The notes beneath the pieces were generated by a model. The model ran no database searches. It saw only the letters and a program-made list of their open reading frames with translations, and was not told where the DNA came from. From an uncultured virus (IMG/VR IMGVR_UViG_3300034073_002641) (lineage: Duplodnaviria > Heunggongvirae > Uroviricota > Caudoviricetes), in IMG/VR virus record IMGVR_UViG_3300034073_002641, positions 56,756 to 76,755 of that record: a stretch of 20,000 bases of DNA. The stretch is one strand, 5' to 3'. The position numbers were made by a program, and so were the translations under genes. Shown piece after piece: positions 1 to 8,436 of this stretch (position 1 is its first letter; each line of letters opens with the position of its first letter).

Positions 1-2
1 AA

Positions 3-203
3 AGCACATATCCTTTCTTACAGAACAGCAAAGGTGAGTTTGACCAACCTTATGCCTGGATTGAGTTCACTTGTCCTAGCACTAAATCTGTGTATCTAAT
101 TGATACATGTCCAACATTCACTGATGCTATTGAGTGTGCCAAATGGCATAGACCAAGTAATGTTCCTGGTTCTGTTGATTACACGTGGTATTCTGCCAAC
201 TAA
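3..203 (+). CDS. 3' end of a DUF6745-like protein (partial, runs off the left edge)
   Basis: Frame 3 is open from the edge to TAA at 201-203: STYPFLQNSKGEFDQPYAWIEFTCPSTKSVYLIDTCPTFTDAIECAKWHRP...WYSAN*. The CPST..vY.....p....a...a.W motif resembles the C-terminus of long DUF6745-type proteins, and the typical partner gene follows. Confidence 0.6.
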   Translation, partial: STYPFLQNSKGEFDQPYAWIEFTCPSTKSVYLIDTCPTFTDAIECAKWHRPSNVPGSVDYTWYSAN

Positions 204-228
204 ATTTTAAACTTAAAATAACAAAAAA

Positions 229-615
229 ATGAGTAAATTAAATTTTTCCAACATTTCTTTCCACCAAGGTGATGTCCAGTTCTTTGGATTAACTGAACTC
301 CCTAGTGATGTTAAAAAGGTGCAAAAGCAATTTATTGCTGCATCAGAAAGGTCAGGTAGTTTCCATGCCTTATTTGGTAACTATGACATTTATGAATACC
401 CAGATGGGGGATTTCTTATTGAGGCTCATGATGAGTGTATTCTAAACCACTCATTACAGTCAGAACTATTAGGATCTGGTGTTTCTATGGATACGGCTGT
501 TATTACGCCTAAAAAAGACCACAGACACACTATTGTTCCACCAGGCAAATACTATGCTGGAATCCAGACAAGGTTTGATCCTTTGGAGAATATGAAGAAA
601 AGGGTTATTGACTAA
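229..615 (+). CDS. QGDV-motif small protein (usual neighbour of DUF6745-type genes)
   Basis: HQGDV ... ASERSGSFHAL ... H ... DHRHTIVPPGKY...QTRFDP...RVID matches the recognisable QGDV..GE.TGH.H...H..i.lP.G.Y...Qrey...V.D pattern. Confidence 0.7.
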   Translation: MSKLNFSNISFHQGDVQFFGLTELPSDVKKVQKQFIAASERSGSFHALFGNYDIYEYPDGGFLIEAHDECILNHSLQSELLGSGVSMDTAVITPKKDHRHTIVPPGKYYAGIQTRFDPLENMKKRVID

Positions 616-620
616 TAACA

Positions 621-661
621 AAGAAGGCTACTTGGAGATTTTTAAGTAGCCTTCTTACTTT
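621..661 (+). terminator. Stem-loop, probable intrinsic terminator or processing hairpin
   Basis: Perfect 13-bp inverted repeat AAGAAGGCTACTT (621-633) / AAGTAGCCTTCTT (644-656), 10-nt loop, weak U-tail. Confidence 0.7.
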
Positions 662-674
662 AAAATACAAAAGT

Positions 675-869
675 ATGAAAAACGTTGGTTCAAAAATAAC
701 AAAACAAATTGATATTTTAAATACAAATAATGAAGCATTTATTGATTATAAAGTAAATAAATATTTGAGGCGTAAAAGTGATTTAGAATTTGAGGAGATG
801 TTAGAGCAGATACAGAATAAAATGCCCTGCATACCTATTGTTAGGTTTTTAATTAGAAAAAATAAATAA
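675..869 (+). CDS. Small array protein (MKNV)
   Basis: ORF track; 64 aa; family N-terminus. Confidence 0.75.
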   Translation: MKNVGSKITKQIDILNTNNEAFIDYKVNKYLRRKSDLEFEEMLEQIQNKMPCIPIVRFLIRKNK

Positions 870-870
870 A

Positions 871-1056
871 ATGAAGAATGTTAAACAACATATCCATAAT
901 CAAATTAATTATTTAGTTAAATATCGTACACCTACGCTTGTGAGTTTTTGGAGTATGGATACAATGTATAGGATTCACCTCAAATTAAATAGTGAGGTTC
1001 GTAATCAGATAACTAATGCACAACCACCATTGATTAAAGAAACCATTTTAAAATAA
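871..1056 (+). CDS. Small array protein (MKNV)
   Basis: ORF track; 61 aa. Confidence 0.75.
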   Translation: MKNVKQHIHNQINYLVKYRTPTLVSFWSMDTMYRIHLKLNSEVRNQITNAQPPLIKETILK

Positions 1057-1062
1057 ACAAGA

Positions 1063-1260
1063 ATGAAGAATGTTTCCAGAGTTATAACTTCAAAAGGATT
1101 ATATATTGATAAAATTTATCCTGGTAAGAAGTATGAGAAAGCATGGTTTCAAGCTGCACCTATTATGGATGAATCAAAAAATCAGGTAGATAACATTGCA
1201 TATTATAACATAATCAAAAATTTATTTCCTAATATGAAAAATAATTTTAAACATGGATAA
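1063..1260 (+). CDS. Small array protein (MKNV)
   Basis: ORF track; 65 aa. Confidence 0.75.
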   Translation: MKNVSRVITSKGLYIDKIYPGKKYEKAWFQAAPIMDESKNQVDNIAYYNIIKNLFPNMKNNFKHG

Positions 1261-1432
1261 CATTGGGGACTTAATAGTGTGGAAAATACATTTAAAGATT
1301 AAGGAGAAAGTTACAAAAGATATATCATATAGTATGTATCTTAAAACTAACATGAATAGTAAATTTATACAAATAAGCCGTTTTCATTGGTTAACAAATA
1401 ATGTTATTCAACAAGTTAGAAAATTAAAATGA
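1253..1432 (+). CDS. Small array protein (MDNI), absent from the ORF track
   Basis: Hand translation: MDNIGDLIVWKIHLKIKEKV...NNVIQQVRKLK*, 59 aa; 8-nt overlap with the upstream ORF. Confidence 0.75.
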   Translation: MDNIGDLIVWKIHLKIKEKVTKDISYSMYLKTNMNSKFIQISRFHWLTNNVIQQVRKLK

Positions 1433-1438
1433 CAAAAC

Positions 1439-1645
1439 ATGAAGAATATTGATAAACAAATAATTTATCAAATATATAAGCAACATAGGGAAAAGGTCAA
1501 TGATATTATTAATGACAAAGGATACAACATATATGCTAATATTGGAAATAAGTTGTGGGATGTTGCTTGGCTTCAGGTGGAGAATAACGTGACTAATAAT
1601 GTAGTTATGCAAGTGAAAAATAAATTAAAACATGAAGAATATTAA
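1439..1645 (+). CDS. Small array protein (MKNI); close paralog of the next ORF
   Basis: Shares DKG..IY.....KLWD..WLQV.NN...KNKL with 1632-1838. Confidence 0.8.
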   Translation: MKNIDKQIIYQIYKQHREKVNDIINDKGYNIYANIGNKLWDVAWLQVENNVTNNVVMQVKNKLKHEEY

Positions 1646-1838
1646 TGAATTTATATTACGTAAAATATATGACCAATATAGGATGAAGGCTGATAATGCT
1701 ATATTTGACAAAGGATGGAAAATATATACTAAACTTACAGTTAAATTATGGGATCCTTCTTGGTTGCAGGTGGATAATAATATGGCAGAAAAATTAATTA
1801 CCCAAATAAAGAATAAATTAAACTATGAAGAACATTAG
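1632..1838 (+). CDS. Small array protein (MKNI)
   Basis: Paralog of 1439-1645; 14-nt overlap. Confidence 0.8.
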   Translation: MKNINEFILRKIYDQYRMKADNAIFDKGWKIYTKLTVKLWDPSWLQVDNNMAEKLITQIKNKLNYEEH

Positions 1839-2049
1839 TAGAAACATATTTGATGTGATGATATATGATGGTGTAAATTCTAACATAAAACAAAATGCTG
1901 CCACAAATATTGGTGATAGATTATGGAAAATTATGTGGGATAAGGCAGAGGATGGTATATATGGACAAGTTTTCTTACCAATAAGAGACCAGGTGTGGCT
2001 TGAAATAGATAATCCAAAAAAACTTAAAATTAAGAAATGGAAAGAGTGA
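1825..2049 (+). CDS. Small array protein (MKNI)
   Basis: 74 aa; GQVFLPIRDQVW motif; 14-nt overlap. Confidence 0.75.
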   Translation: MKNISRNIFDVMIYDGVNSNIKQNAATNIGDRLWKIMWDKAEDGIYGQVFLPIRDQVWLEIDNPKKLKIKKWKE

Positions 2050-2225
2050 ACAGTAAAATCACAAAGAAAATTTCATCAATAGAGAAGTTAGAAAGACTTA
2101 ACTTAATTCCAACTATTAATCCTGCATATCATATTAGATATCGAGAAATAATAAATGACCAAATATTTAAGCAAATGACACATAATTTTACAGATAATCT
2201 TAGAATAAAAATAATGTTTAAGTGA
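2037..2225 (+). CDS. Small array protein (MERV)
   Basis: 62 aa; overlaps both neighbours. Confidence 0.7.
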   Translation: MERVNSKITKKISSIEKLERLNLIPTINPAYHIRYREIINDQIFKQMTHNFTDNLRIKIMFK

Positions 2226-2572
2226 TGAAAAATATTGGGCAAGAAACAAAAGATAAATTAGTAAATGAAATTAGAATTCCAATTTGGAATGGAAGTTATG
2301 AAACTTTATTTAGTAGATTGCGCCATAAAATCTGGACAGAACTATATCATAAAACAACAAATCAAATGCTAACAATGAGAAATATTTCAAGTGTGGTAAA
2401 TAGTAAATTTACTAAAATACAGGTTAATGTTTTTCACACTAAAACTGATAATGTTAGTTATAGAGTTGATTTTAAAGTTGATACAAAGTTATCATATCTA
2501 CGTACTGGTCGTCGCTTAATAAGTGTCATAGGTAAACAAATATGGTATAAAGTTAAATCTATAATATTATGA
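2225..2572 (+). CDS. Double-length array protein (two modules fused in frame)
   Basis: MKNIG.. at 2225 and a second in-frame MRNISS.. at ATG 2375. Confidence 0.75.
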   Translation: MKNIGQETKDKLVNEIRIPIWNGSYETLFSRLRHKIWTELYHKTTNQMLTMRNISSVVNSKFTKIQVNVFHTKTDNVSYRVDFKVDTKLSYLRTGRRLISVIGKQIWYKVKSIIL

Positions 2573-2739
2573 AAAGTGTAAGAATTGAAATTTTGAATCA
2601 AGTGTATGATGAAATTGAAGTTAAGTTAAAGGATACAATAGAAGAAAAAGAATACCTACCTGGTAATCAGTTTAGGTGGTTTAATAGTCGAGTGACAATA
2701 AACCTAAAATTAAGAAATTTGCCAAAGATAATTTTATGA
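2569..2739 (+). CDS. Small array protein (MKSV), absent from the ORF track
   Basis: MKSVRIEILNQVYDE...KEYLPGN...INLKLRNLPKIIL*, 56 aa; ATGA overlaps at both ends. Confidence 0.8.
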   Translation: MKSVRIEILNQVYDEIEVKLKDTIEEKEYLPGNQFRWFNSRVTINLKLRNLPKIIL

Positions 2740-2906
2740 AAAGTATAAGAACTATAATTTTGAATCAAGTGCATGATGAAACTCTAAGAAATTTAAAGGG
2801 TGTAATAAAAATAAAAGAATATCTTCCTGGTAATGTTTGGATGGGGGCTTATATGCAAGGAATAATCAACCTAAAATTAAGAAACTTGCCAAAGATAATT
2901 TTATGA
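2736..2906 (+). CDS. Small array protein (MKSI), absent from the ORF track; duplicate of the previous ORF
   Basis: MKSIRTIILNQVHDE...KEYLPGN...INLKLRNLPKIIL*, 56 aa. Confidence 0.8.
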   Translation: MKSIRTIILNQVHDETLRNLKGVIKIKEYLPGNVWMGAYMQGIINLKLRNLPKIIL

Positions 2907-3289
2907 GTAAGAAAGTTAGAGATTTGTTGTTTGAAAAATGCAATGGTAGATGTTGTTATTGTGGTGATAAGTTAGAGAAAGGTTGGCACATTGACGAAAT
3001 AGAACCTGTTAAAAGAAATCATATATATGACAAAGTTAAGAAGAAATTTGTGATAGATAAAGATAATCCTATGCAGCATCCAGAACGATTAACAATTGAA
3101 AATCAAAATCCAAGCTGTCCAAGTTGCAATATTAATAAACATTCATTATCTTTGGAAGAGTTTAGGTCTTTGATTAAAGGGTTCATGAAACATCTAAATG
3201 AGAAATCAACCCAATATAAAATTGCAAAACGTTATGGTCTTGTCCAGGAGAATGAGATTGATATAGTTTTTTATTTTGAAAAAAATTAA
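2903..3289 (+). CDS. HNH endonuclease
   Basis: GRCCYCG...WHIDEIEP...NQNPSCPSCNINK. Start moved to ATG 2903 (ATGA overlap). The usual D-H is D-E here. Confidence 0.85.
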   Translation: MSKKVRDLLFEKCNGRCCYCGDKLEKGWHIDEIEPVKRNHIYDKVKKKFVIDKDNPMQHPERLTIENQNPSCPSCNINKHSLSLEEFRSLIKGFMKHLNEKSTQYKIAKRYGLVQENEIDIVFYFEKN

Positions 3290-3293
3290 AAGC

Positions 3294-3464
3294 ATGAAAA
3301 ATGTAGATGATAAAATACGGAAACATATAGGTATGAAAGTTAATTTTGTATTACGTAAAGAATTACGTAAACAAATAACTATTGAATACTATGATTACCC
3401 CCAATTTGGTAATCAAACACTTCAAGAATTGTTTTCCAAAATAGAAAAAAGATTAAAAGCATGA
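3294..3464 (+). CDS. Small array protein (MKNV)
   Basis: Start moved to ATG 3294; 56 aa. Confidence 0.75.
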   Translation: MKNVDDKIRKHIGMKVNFVLRKELRKQITIEYYDYPQFGNQTLQELFSKIEKRLKA

Positions 3465-3634
3465 AAAATGTGGCTAGTAAAATTGGAAATAAAATACAAA
3501 ACCCACGATCCATTACTCCCATATCAATACAAGTGGTTCATCATATTAGGGATAAAGTATATCTACGACCTTGGACACAAGTTCATCAACAAGTATCTAT
3601 TCAAATAAAAGAAAACCTAAAATTTAAAGTATGA
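3461..3634 (+). CDS. Small array protein (MKNV), absent from the ORF track
   Basis: MKNVASKIGN...PWTQVHQQVSIQIKENLKFKV*, 57 aa. Confidence 0.8.
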   Translation: MKNVASKIGNKIQNPRSITPISIQVVHHIRDKVYLRPWTQVHQQVSIQIKENLKFKV

Positions 3635-3804
3635 GAAATGTAGGTCATGAAATAGAAGCTAAAGTCCAGTATCCAAGATGGAATAAACATGCACGGGTAC
3701 CAGTGGTTAATAATGCTAGGCATCAAGTATATCATCAGGTATGGAGGCAAGTTAGCCAACAAGTATCTATGCAAATGAAAGCAAACTTAAAATTTAAAGT
3801 ATGA
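3631..3804 (+). CDS. Small array protein (MRNV), absent from the ORF track
   Basis: MRNVGHEIEA...HQVYHQVWRQVSQQVSMQMKANLKFKV*, 57 aa; paralog of the previous ORF. Confidence 0.8.
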   Translation: MRNVGHEIEAKVQYPRWNKHARVPVVNNARHQVYHQVWRQVSQQVSMQMKANLKFKV

Positions 3805-3953
3805 AAAATGTAATAGATAAAGTGTATATGCAAGTGGGTTATTTTGTACATGATAAACCAAATATGCAATTAAGAAAAAAAATACTTAGAGTAGGAGAGG
3901 TTCAAACAAATGGTCAACTATGGTTTCAAATACAAAACAACCTAAAATTATGA
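3801..3953 (+). CDS. Small array protein (MKNV), absent from the ORF track
   Basis: MKNVIDKVYMQV...QLWFQIQNNLKL*, 50 aa. Confidence 0.75.
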   Translation: MKNVIDKVYMQVGYFVHDKPNMQLRKKILRVGEVQTNGQLWFQIQNNLKL

Positions 3954-4147
3954 ATAGTGTAAGCCAGAAAATATCTAAAGAATTAGGAGATAAAGTAACT
4001 ACCTATGTAGTTAAAAAAAGTATTCTTCAAATAAGTAATAAAGTGCTTATTCAAGCAGAAGGGGAAGTTTTTGAACAGATTATTGGTCAATTATATCAAA
4101 ATTTAGAACCAAATGTAAAAAAGACTATGTTGAAGCATAATTTTTAA
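3950..4147 (+). CDS. Small array protein (MNSV)
   Basis: Start moved to ATG 3950 (ATGA overlap); 65 aa. Confidence 0.75.
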   Translation: MNSVSQKISKELGDKVTTYVVKKSILQISNKVLIQAEGEVFEQIIGQLYQNLEPNVKKTMLKHNF

Positions 4148-4172
4148 TTACATTTTCAAAAACTAAATAATT

Positions 4173-4619
4173 ATGGCTATTAAAGACCTTGTCCCTTATG
4201 AACTAGCATTAGAACTTAAAAAACTAGGTTTTAGAGAACCTTGTTTTGGTAATTATAAAGAAACTGAAATAATAGATTACAACCTTGGAAGACATAATAA
4301 ACATATCTTTTTAGATACTATAAATGGTCTTCAAGATTATAATGAGCATAATAAAGAGACAGATGCTTCAGCTCCTACTTTTACAGCAGCATTTAGGTTT
4401 TTTAGGGAGAAGTTTGATTGGCAATTTTCAGTAGAAGCAACATCTGATCAGCACAATTGTGAACTTGGTTACAATTATTGGATTTGGAATCATAAAACAG
4501 GTGAAGAATACCATACAATGCCAAAAAATAGACCTTCTGGTGATTGGGAATATGAAACCTATGAAGAAGCTGATTTAGCAGGTTTAAATAAATTAATTGA
4601 GGTTGTAAAAAACAAATAA
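4173..4619 (+). CDS. Phage hypothetical protein, ALELK.LGF.EPC / FRWFREK / TYEEA family
   Basis: Motifs shared with 5874-6248 and 6250-6612. Confidence 0.8.
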   Translation: MAIKDLVPYELALELKKLGFREPCFGNYKETEIIDYNLGRHNKHIFLDTINGLQDYNEHNKETDASAPTFTAAFRFFREKFDWQFSVEATSDQHNCELGYNYWIWNHKTGEEYHTMPKNRPSGDWEYETYEEADLAGLNKLIEVVKNK

Positions 4620-4620
4620 A

Positions 4621-5022
4621 ATGAGCAAACAAACAGAAAATTATATAGGAAGTCAACAACATTGGGAAGATAGAATAAATGATGATTATGATTATCTAAA
4701 ACAAATGGAAAAGGAAATGGAAAAGGATGTGGAAAAACTAATATACAATGGGTTAGAAAAACAAAACAAAATGATTTTAACACCAAAAGAAGAAGCAAAA
4801 GAGCTAGTTGATACATTCTATCAAACAACTCCTAATGAGACTTGGATTGATGAGCCTTTAGGGGAATTTATGGAAACCTATACAGCTTGGGGACAGGCTA
4901 AACAATGTGCTTTGATTGCAGTTGATAAGATATTGTTTGTACTTAACTTTAATCTTGATTTTAAAATGGAAAGGTCTATTGCACATTATTTAGAAGTTAA
5001 ACAAGAAATAGAAAAATTATAA
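4621..5022 (+). CDS. Phage hypothetical protein with a TPKE.AKEL...AKQCALIAVD...EVKQEIEKL module
   Basis: ORF track; possible internal start at ATG 4771 after an A-rich tract. Confidence 0.75.
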   Translation: MSKQTENYIGSQQHWEDRINDDYDYLKQMEKEMEKDVEKLIYNGLEKQNKMILTPKEEAKELVDTFYQTTPNETWIDEPLGEFMETYTAWGQAKQCALIAVDKILFVLNFNLDFKMERSIAHYLEVKQEIEKL

Positions 5023-5041
5023 CAACAAAAAAACTAAAACT

Positions 5042-5542
5042 ATGAAAACACCAGTTGATTATTTATGTGATGTTATCAATAGCCAGTATGGTAGCAGGAT
5101 TACAAATTACACAATCCCAAATGAGGTTTTTGAACGTATCAAGAAACTAGAAGAGGATTATCATAAAGTAACAGAAAACACCTCTGATGGATATCACACC
5201 TTTAAGGAATTATATGATTTTAGAGCAGCCTACAATGCTTTATTGTTTAATGAGTGGGCAAATCAGAAAGGTGATGAAGAGTTCCAGGATTTGAACCAGG
5301 TGATGCAGAACACCAAATATAGTGTCCATAAGAGTTGGAAACATAATGATGGTTATCCTTGTTTTGGTGGGGGCTGGTTTATTGTTGTGGCAAAATTACC
5401 AAGTGGCCAAATATCCAATCACTATCCAGCAGATAGGTGGGATGATTTTAAAGTCCCAGAAACATCAAAAGCATTATTTCCTTTTGATGGTCATACAAGT
5501 CATGCTGTTTTGAAAATATTACAGAAAGAACTTGCGCAGTAA
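5042..5542 (+). CDS. WDGH-motif family phage protein
   Basis: SDGYHTFKELY...HKSWKHNDG...GWFIV...LPSGQISNHY...WDDF...FDGHT. Confidence 0.75.
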   Translation: MKTPVDYLCDVINSQYGSRITNYTIPNEVFERIKKLEEDYHKVTENTSDGYHTFKELYDFRAAYNALLFNEWANQKGDEEFQDLNQVMQNTKYSVHKSWKHNDGYPCFGGGWFIVVAKLPSGQISNHYPADRWDDFKVPETSKALFPFDGHTSHAVLKILQKELAQ

Positions 5543-5570
5543 TTTTATTTCCCTTATATTTGTGTATCAA
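5530..5570 (+). promoter_or_regulatory. Bacteroidota-type sigma70 promoter (-7 TAnnTTTG)
   Basis: TATATTTG at 5555-5562 in an intergenic gap, with TTG about 20 nt upstream. Confidence 0.65.
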
Positions 5571-5584
5571 AAAAAATAATAGTT

Positions 5585-5845
5585 ATGTCATACATTACAG
5601 TGGAAGCTGATATTGATTTGGATGATTATTCAGATGAAATCATCTATATGTTCAAAAGAAACAAAAGGTTTAGAGAGAACCTATTACAAGCAATGGAAGA
5701 TGATAATATAGGATTTGTTCTTAATAGAGGTGGTGATGATAAATATGATGATAGGAAAACACAACTTTCTAAAATAAGTGAAAACTACTGGAAATTGACT
5801 GTTGAGGATGAGGAACTAATTAATAAGATTGCAGATAGGTTTTAA
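5585..5845 (+). CDS. Hypothetical protein
   Basis: ORF track; directly downstream of the promoter. Confidence 0.7.
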   Translation: MSYITVEADIDLDDYSDEIIYMFKRNKRFRENLLQAMEDDNIGFVLNRGGDDKYDDRKTQLSKISENYWKLTVEDEELINKIADRF

Positions 5846-5873
5846 GGAATTTATTAACCATAAACTAAACAAA

Positions 5874-6248
5874 ATGAAAATATACAATGAATTAGAATCT
5901 TTAGGATTGTTTGAGTGGTTATCAAAAACTCATAATTTAAAAGATACTGACATATCGCCAGAATATCTTGATGAATTACCATTAAATAAGATTCACAGAA
6001 CTGTGGTCAATGCTATAGCATTCAGGTGGTTTCGAGAGAAGTATAATTTAAGAGGGTTTATTGGGTTTAGACCAAATACTAAACAATTTGATTGTCACAT
6101 TTATGATATGTCATTATCAGGTTTAGAATACGCTAAACAAAGAACAATGGAAGAGTTTAATAAAGACCCTAAAGTTGGAACTTACGAAGAAGCGGAGTTA
6201 GAGTGTTTAATAAAATTGATTGAAATTGCTAAAAACAAAATAAATTAA
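5874..6248 (+). CDS. Phage hypothetical protein, FRWFREK/TYEEA family (divergent N-terminus)
   Basis: AFRWFREKY...TYEEAELECLIKLIEIAK; start moved to ATG 5874. Confidence 0.75.
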   Translation: MKIYNELESLGLFEWLSKTHNLKDTDISPEYLDELPLNKIHRTVVNAIAFRWFREKYNLRGFIGFRPNTKQFDCHIYDMSLSGLEYAKQRTMEEFNKDPKVGTYEEAELECLIKLIEIAKNKIN

Positions 6249-6249
6249 T

Positions 6250-6612
6250 ATGGAAAAGGAATTTGTAAGTTATCAAATAGCGTTAGAACTCAAACAGTTA
6301 GATTTTGACGAACCATGTTTTGGATACTTTCAAGAAAATAAAACAAAAGTAATAATTGATAATTCTGGACTCATAACCAATTCTAATTTTAGTAAAATAT
6401 TTTCAGAAGACCGATTTAGATTAGTAACACCACTATACCAACAAGTATTCAGGTGGTTTAGGGAGAAGTATGGTGTTTATATGCAGCCAAAGAAGTTTGA
6501 TGTAGATAAATGGTGGGTTGAATGGGGGGATTGGAATAGTCCTATTTTTGAAACATATGAAGAAGTAGAAGAGTCAATTTTACAAAAAATGATTGAAATT
6601 GCTAAAAAATAA
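6250..6612 (+). CDS. Phage hypothetical protein, FRWFREK/TYEEA family
   Basis: ALELKQLDFDEPCFG...PLYQQVFRWFREKY...TYEE. Confidence 0.8.
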   Translation: MEKEFVSYQIALELKQLDFDEPCFGYFQENKTKVIIDNSGLITNSNFSKIFSEDRFRLVTPLYQQVFRWFREKYGVYMQPKKFDVDKWWVEWGDWNSPIFETYEEVEESILQKMIEIAKK

Positions 6613-6617
6613 ATATT

Positions 6618-7535
6618 ATGAAAAACATACACATAATTCCAACAGATAAACCAAGTAGGTTAGGATATCTAACTAAAAAAGGTAAGCAAGTCTTTAATGA
6701 TTTAAGGTTATTTGATAGGGTTATGCCTAACATTTTGGATAGCGAAAATCAACACCTATACATCACTAATGATGAAGAAATTATAGAAGGGGATTTAATT
6801 ATCTATAAAAATGGTGATGAATATTTTTTTGCTGAATATCGTTTAGGTTATTATGATAGATATGAACTATGTAAAAAAATCATCCTAACCACAGACCAAG
6901 ACTTGATTAAAGACCATGTTCAAGCTATTGATGATGAGTTTTTAGAATGGTTTGTTAATAATCCAAGTTGTGAGGAGGTTGAGGTTAGAGAAATTGAAGT
7001 AGAAGATTATGTTGGATTTGCAGGACATACAAGTTATCCAACTTTCCATAAGGAATACAAAATAATTATTCCAAAAAAAGAACCTAAACAATTAAATTTA
7101 GAATATTTTGGATTACCAAAAATTGGAACAAAAGAGTTTAATGACTTAGCATCTGGTTTGTTTGGTGGTAAACCTAAACAAGAAAAACTCACATACACAG
7201 AATCAGCAAAGAAGGAAGAAAGAATATCTAATTCTATTATGATGAAACGTAAACAAGAAACGGTTGAAGATGCTGCTGAAAATAACTGGGATAAAATAAA
7301 TTCAGAATATAAAAATGGATTAAATCCTTATGCACATAAAATAGGATTTATTGAAGGTGCTGAATGGATGCAAGAGAGAATGTATAGTGAGGAAGAAGTT
7401 AATGATTTACTAGAGATGCTTAAACGTAGTATTTCAGAAATAAATCATCTTAAATACACCTACAAAGATAAAGGTCATTGTGGTAAATATTTAAGTGATT
7501 GTGAAACCATTATTGAACAATTTAAAAAGAAATAA
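6618..7535 (+). CDS. Modular phage hypothetical protein
   Basis: MKNIHIIPTDKPSRL, KKIILTTDQDLI..VQAIDDEFLEWFV, YKIIIPK.EPKQ, ETVEDAAE..F.EGA.W.QERMYSEEEV modules. Confidence 0.8.
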   Translation: MKNIHIIPTDKPSRLGYLTKKGKQVFNDLRLFDRVMPNILDSENQHLYITNDEEIIEGDLIIYKNGDEYFFAEYRLGYYDRYELCKKIILTTDQDLIKDHVQAIDDEFLEWFVNNPSCEEVEVREIEVEDYVGFAGHTSYPTFHKEYKIIIPKKEPKQLNLEYFGLPKIGTKEFNDLASGLFGGKPKQEKLTYTESAKKEERISNSIMMKRKQETVEDAAENNWDKINSEYKNGLNPYAHKIGFIEGAEWMQERMYSEEEVNDLLEMLKRSISEINHLKYTYKDKGHCGKYLSDCETIIEQFKKK

Positions 7536-7536
7536 A

Positions 7537-7884
7537 ATGAACTATATAGCTAGAGGTTGTATGTATTGCGAAGGTATTTGTAACAAAGAATGTCTTCCTA
7601 AAAAAGAAACAGTTGATGAGGCTGCTAAAAATATTTATATAGACTTCAATCCTTACCTTTTGGGGGTAAACGTTGGTAATTGGCTAACAAAAGAAGCATT
7701 TAAAAAAGGCGCGAAATGGCAACAAGAACAGATGTATAGTGAGGAAGATTTGATTAGTTTTGCACATTTTTATTTTCAAGAAGAATTTAACTCAACAATG
7801 CAAAATTCTAATAAATCAGCAGAGGAAATTTTACAAGAGTGGTTTAATCAATTTAAAAAAACTAAACAAGATGAAACAACTTAA
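7537..7884 (+). CDS. Phage hypothetical protein with an ETV.EAA..GAKWQQE.MYSEE module
   Basis: Shares the module with 6618-7535; N-terminal CMYC...C...C; start moved to ATG 7537. Confidence 0.75.
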   Translation: MNYIARGCMYCEGICNKECLPKKETVDEAAKNIYIDFNPYLLGVNVGNWLTKEAFKKGAKWQQEQMYSEEDLISFAHFYFQEEFNSTMQNSNKSAEEILQEWFNQFKKTKQDETT

Positions 7885-8098
7885 TGAAACCATTACCCCC
7901 ACCTCAACAGAGTTCAATGTTTTTTCATATTCTATATGCAATACAGATGGTCTTTTTGAATATTCTCACTGGACAGAAGGTTTAAAAATGATTATAATTA
8001 AAAATGGGGTAACAATTGAGTTAGAGCCTGATGAAATTCAGCAGTTGGTTAATACTCTCCCCAGGACATTTGGTCAATCTTACAAACAAAAAAACTAA
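7871..8098 (+). CDS. Hypothetical protein
   Basis: Start moved to ATG 7871; 75 aa. Confidence 0.65.
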   Translation: MKQLNETITPTSTEFNVFSYSICNTDGLFEYSHWTEGLKMIIIKNGVTIELEPDEIQQLVNTLPRTFGQSYKQKN

Positions 8099-8103
8099 AT
8101 AAT

Positions 8104-8436
8104 ATGCGACTAGTGAATATTAGTGAAGATCATTACATCATTGTGGATGATTTGGATATTGAAATAGGTGATTGGGTTTATGTGTATTGCTCCGAGATTG
8201 AAGTTGAAGAGATTTGTCAAGTTATTGAATATTATAATGAGCAATTTATATTTAGGGATGGCAGCCAAATTCATTTGGATTATTGTCATAAAATCACCCA
8301 TTCAACAAAACCAATTGAGGTTTATTATGATGATATAACTGGGAAAGAAGTTTGGCATTATGATAAGGTGCAATACTTTATTCCAGAAGTCCAGGGGAAT
8401 AACCTAAATCCATTTATTGAAAAAATGAATTTATGA
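8104..8436 (+). CDS. Hypothetical protein
   Basis: ORF track; I..GDW.Y...C.KITHST motif loosely similar to part of 6618-7535. Confidence 0.7.
   Translation: MRLVNISEDHYIIVDDLDIEIGDWVYVYCSEIEVEEICQVIEYYNEQFIFRDGSQIHLDYCHKITHSTKPIEVYYDDITGKEVWHYDKVQYFIPEVQGNNLNPFIEKMNL

Larger units (their letters stand above)
675..4147 (+). repeat. Array 1 of tandem small MKN[IV]-family ORFs (16 ORFs, 17 modules, about 150-225 bp each) interrupted by an HNH gene
   Basis: Contiguous or overlapping ORFs with shared N-terminus and basic C-terminus; repeated junction sequences. Confidence 0.85.

Noticed and set aside
6618..7535. MKNI start suggesting array membership
   Set aside because: It is 305 aa and belongs to a different modular family; only the first four residues match.
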